A stretch of DNA of 47,163 bases from a virus. Taxonomy: Duplodnaviria; Caudoviricetes. The stretch lies in IMG/VR virus record IMGVR_UViG_3300022871_000776, positions 1-47,163 of that record. The stretch is one strand, 5' to 3'. Shown piece after piece: positions 44,655-47,163 of the stretch. The notes beneath the pieces were generated by a model, which saw only the letters and a list, made by a program, of their open reading frames with translations, made no database searches and had not been told where the DNA came from. The position numbers and the translations under genes were made by a program. Within the stretch, counting starts at the first letter, position 1; every line of letters begins with the position of its first letter.

Positions 44655-44728
44655 TAAGTCAAATTTTGTAAAATTACATATTTATACAAAAGAGTATATA
44701 TAAAAAAAGTAAAATATAGGAGATTATT

Positions 44729-45034
44729 ATGCCTTACGATGTAAATGGAAACTGAGTAAACGACGAGGATAAAACTTTAGACACACAACAAGCATTAAAT
44801 CAATCATTAGGATTTGGATTGAAGCCTGTATATTTGAAAGCTGGAGAAAGTGATTTAACAAATACATTTTTTGCAATACAAATAGTTACTGATACAGAAC
44901 TTACTGGGATTGTTGTTGCCAACTCTGAAGGGCAAGCAAATTTGGTTGGAATTGGCTTAAGTGCTGGATTAACATTATATGGTGAATTATCCGAAATAGA
45001 AGTAGCAAGTGGCGTAGTCGCTTGCTATAAATAA
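44729..45034 (+). CDS. small virion structural protein (TGA=Trp)
   Basis: AGGAG RBS; AIQIV...AGLTLYG...V.SG.V.CY. Confidence 0.65.
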
Positions 45035-45045
45035 GGAGTAAATAA

Positions 45046-45195
45046 ATGTTAGGGTTAGGATTAGGAATAAATAGATTACCATTAATTGGCGGCAATTTTG
45101 TACCTGTTGGATATAAAGCTTTTATAGTGACAGATGACGGTGGAATACAATTTGTAGTAACCGACAATGGTGGGTCAGACTTTAACGTTAAATAG
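45046..45195 (+). CDS. small protein with MLGLGLG N-terminus
   Basis: AGGAG RBS; N-terminal motif seen in phage virion proteins. Confidence 0.55.
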   Translation: MLGLGLGINRLPLIGGNFVPVGYKAFIVTDDGGIQFVVTDNGGSDFNVK

Positions 45196-45205
45196 GAGAA
45201 AATAA

Positions 45206-46162
45206 ATGGCCACAGAGTACAATTCAATCCAGTCAGGAAGTTGAGTAGATAATGCTGTTACAAGAGCATCTAGCCAATATGTAACAGAGGGTGCAGCAAC
45301 AGCTAGTAAAGCATTAATAGTAGATAGTAATAGAGATATAACTGGAATAAATGCTATAACTGCTACAGAGGTAACGGCCTCTAGTATAATAGGCACTGAG
45401 CTTAATATAACAAATAATATTGTAGTTGATGGAACTGTTGATGGTGTTGATATATATGCAAGCAGTGGATCTTTTTCAACCAGAGTAACTGATAATGAAA
45501 ATACTGGTTCTGCTCTAATAGCAGATTTTGATTTTGTTCAATCTTTAGGAACTAATAATAGTGTTGAATTTGTAAATATTACAGCAAGTGGTGAATTGAG
45601 TGTTGATGAAATAGCAGAAAAAACCACTGATGCTGGTGTTACTATGAATTCAGCCTTAAATGTAGGCAACATGCAACTAACCGCAGATGGTGGTGTGATG
45701 ACCATAGCTGATAAAGCTATTGTAACCTCCGCTACTGATGAAACATATTGGTTTAAGCAAGATGGTAATAGTGTATTTGGAGTCAATGCAACTGGAGATG
45801 GTGCTGATGGTGTAACTGGATTAGGTGCAACCGTGAATGGTACCTTAACTTCTAATGGTGGTATTGTAAGAAATACTACAACTATAGCAGCAGCAACTTA
45901 TGACTTACTAGCAACTGATGATATTTTATTAGTTACTTATACAACAACAGGTGCAGTAACTAGTTTAACTTTACCAACAGCTCAAGTAGTAGCTGGTAGA
46001 ACAATAGTGATTAAAGACTCTGCAGGGAATGCGGGAACAAACAATATTACGATAGATACAGAGGGCGCAGGAACAATTGATGGTTCAGCAACTTTAGTAC
46101 TAAATGGTGATTATGAAAGTGTTGGTCTTGTTTCAGATGGACATAGTTGGTATATTATATAA
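45206..46162 (+). CDS. tail fibre/spike-like protein (one TGA near the N-terminus)
   Basis: G/T/A-rich; ASKALIVDSN, GTVDGVD, LTLP...GRTIVIKD..G.A..NNITI...IDG...SDG..W. Confidence 0.65.
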
Positions 46163-46173
46163 GGTGATATGAT

Positions 46174-46746
46174 ATGAGCTATTTTACAAGCGTATTAATA
46201 GATGGTACAAAATATATAGCAGGTAATAGTGGTATAGATGCTTTATCAGAAGCATTAATAAGCGTTTCACACGAACACCATGAGATACACGATGGTAATT
46301 ATTTTACTTGCATAGATTCCCAAGCTGTAGATACAACCACTCAATACTGGATGATTACAACTCCAGCAGGAACAAAAGCACCTCACATGGTTTTCAATGT
46401 TAGCTGTAACGGTGAAATGTTGGTTACTATTACTGAAGGTGCAGATAGAACAGGAACTACTGCTTTGAGTATGATTAATAGAAATAGGGTTTTAGCAGCT
46501 ACAGAAGCAACAATATTAGTTGATAGAGATTATACTGGTGGCTCTACTGATGGTGCAGTAACACTGGAAATTGAGCAAGCAGGTGCAACAGGTGTTAGTG
46601 GAAAAACTATAAGTTCTGGTTCTTCAAGAGGGCAATCAGAGTTTGTTTTAGCGGCTGATACTAAGTATATTATTGCGGTTCAAACATATGCTGATTCACA
46701 GGTTATTTTAGACCTTGAATGGTACGAATATATACCACTTAATTAA
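46174..46746 (+). CDS. putative virion protein
   Basis: HHEIHDG, NRNR and WYE end; structural context. Confidence 0.6.
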   Translation: MSYFTSVLIDGTKYIAGNSGIDALSEALISVSHEHHEIHDGNYFTCIDSQAVDTTTQYWMITTPAGTKAPHMVFNVSCNGEMLVTITEGADRTGTTALSMINRNRVLAATEATILVDRDYTGGSTDGAVTLEIEQAGATGVSGKTISSGSSRGQSEFVLAADTKYIIAVQTYADSQVILDLEWYEYIPLN

Positions 46747-46795
46747 AGGAGATATAATATGAAACAATTAATAATAATGCTCTTAATAGGTGGTT

Positions 46796-47163
46796 ATGAT
46801 GGCAGGTAATATTAAAATAGATAATACTTCGAGTAATGTTGCAATAGACAATACTTCTGCTGAAATAGCAATTAGCAATGAAGACACATTCGTATCAACT
46901 TGGAAAACAGATAACGCAGGAACGAGTGGATCTACCCAGATTACACTTCCCTTAGAAGCTGGTGGAACTTATGATTTTGGTATTAACTGGGGAGATGGCT
47001 CAAGCTCTAAGATAACTGCATACGACCAAGCAGAAGTAACTCATACCTACCCTATTGCAGGAACTTATAAAGTTAAAATAGACGGTGTTATTAACGGCTG
47101 GAGATTCAATGACGGTGGCGATAAAGCTAAGATAACCGATATATCCCAATGGGGTGATTTACT
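46796..47163 (+). CDS. PKD-like surface domain of the kind found in BspA/DUF285 proteins, 3'-truncated
   Basis: FVSTWKT, QITLPL, INWGDG, VTHTY..AGTY, ISQWG. The true start may be 46759 via a frameshift. Confidence 0.65.
   Translation, partial: MMAGNIKIDNTSSNVAIDNTSAEIAISNEDTFVSTWKTDNAGTSGSTQITLPLEAGGTYDFGINWGDGSSSKITAYDQAEVTHTYPIAGTYKVKIDGVINGWRFNDGGDKAKITDISQWGDL

Noticed and set aside
1-47163. Mass pseudogenisation by nonsense mutations
   Set aside because: The interruptions are almost exclusively TGA, stay in frame and coincide with conserved Trp positions.
1-47163. TGA=Gly (table 25) or selenocysteine
   Set aside because: The motif context is Trp, and the duplicated rmlB tail has TGG opposite TGA twice.
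1-47163. TAG reassignment (table 15)
   Set aside because: TAG sits at natural gene ends followed by RBS/start (e.g. 8355, 10367, 24253, 39411, 45195).
1-47163. Suppressor tRNA-Trp(TCA), release factor or rRNA gene
   Set aside because: No cloverleaf or T-loop pattern was recognisable by eye in the short intergenic gaps, and no such protein motifs were seen. tRNAscan-SE/ARAGORN is needed; the machinery is probably outside the window.
1-47163. Mollicute-like (table 4) bacterial chromosome
   Set aside because: The content is baseplate/virion genes in phage-like unidirectional packing with no housekeeping genes, and a TGA-free island would be unexpected in a uniformly table-4 cell.

Overview
This window is a segment of a large, AT-rich tailed phage (myovirus-like), with almost all genes on the + strand. 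The supplied ORF track is fragmented because most genes read TGA as tryptophan (translation table 4). Conserved Trp motifs sit on TGA, and a duplicated segment swaps TGG for TGA at two aligned positions. Layout: (i) 1-9351, a nucleotide-sugar/surface-glycan cluster (ugd, rmlB, DUF5672, NeuB-cupin, TPP enzyme, epimerase, radical SAM, methyltransferase); (ii) about 10.4-17.1 kb, an island with six conserved sigma70-type promoters in which all 21 Trp codons are TGG and one gene apparently stops on TGA (DUF932, VWA and MoxR AAA+ genes); (iii) thyX, a lytic transglycosylase-like gene, a degenerate HD protein and a putative phage sigma factor; (iv) 23.8-47.1 kb, baseplate/virion genes interspersed with many small genes sharing an MKKSE.../(I/L)xE leader that resembles a capsid-targeting sequence. 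The most interesting system is an apparent temporal genetic-code switch (standard-code early island versus TGA=Trp later genes), alongside a modular virion-cargo gene family. No suppressor tRNA or release factor was seen in the window. Family assignments come from motif recognition by eye, not database searches.
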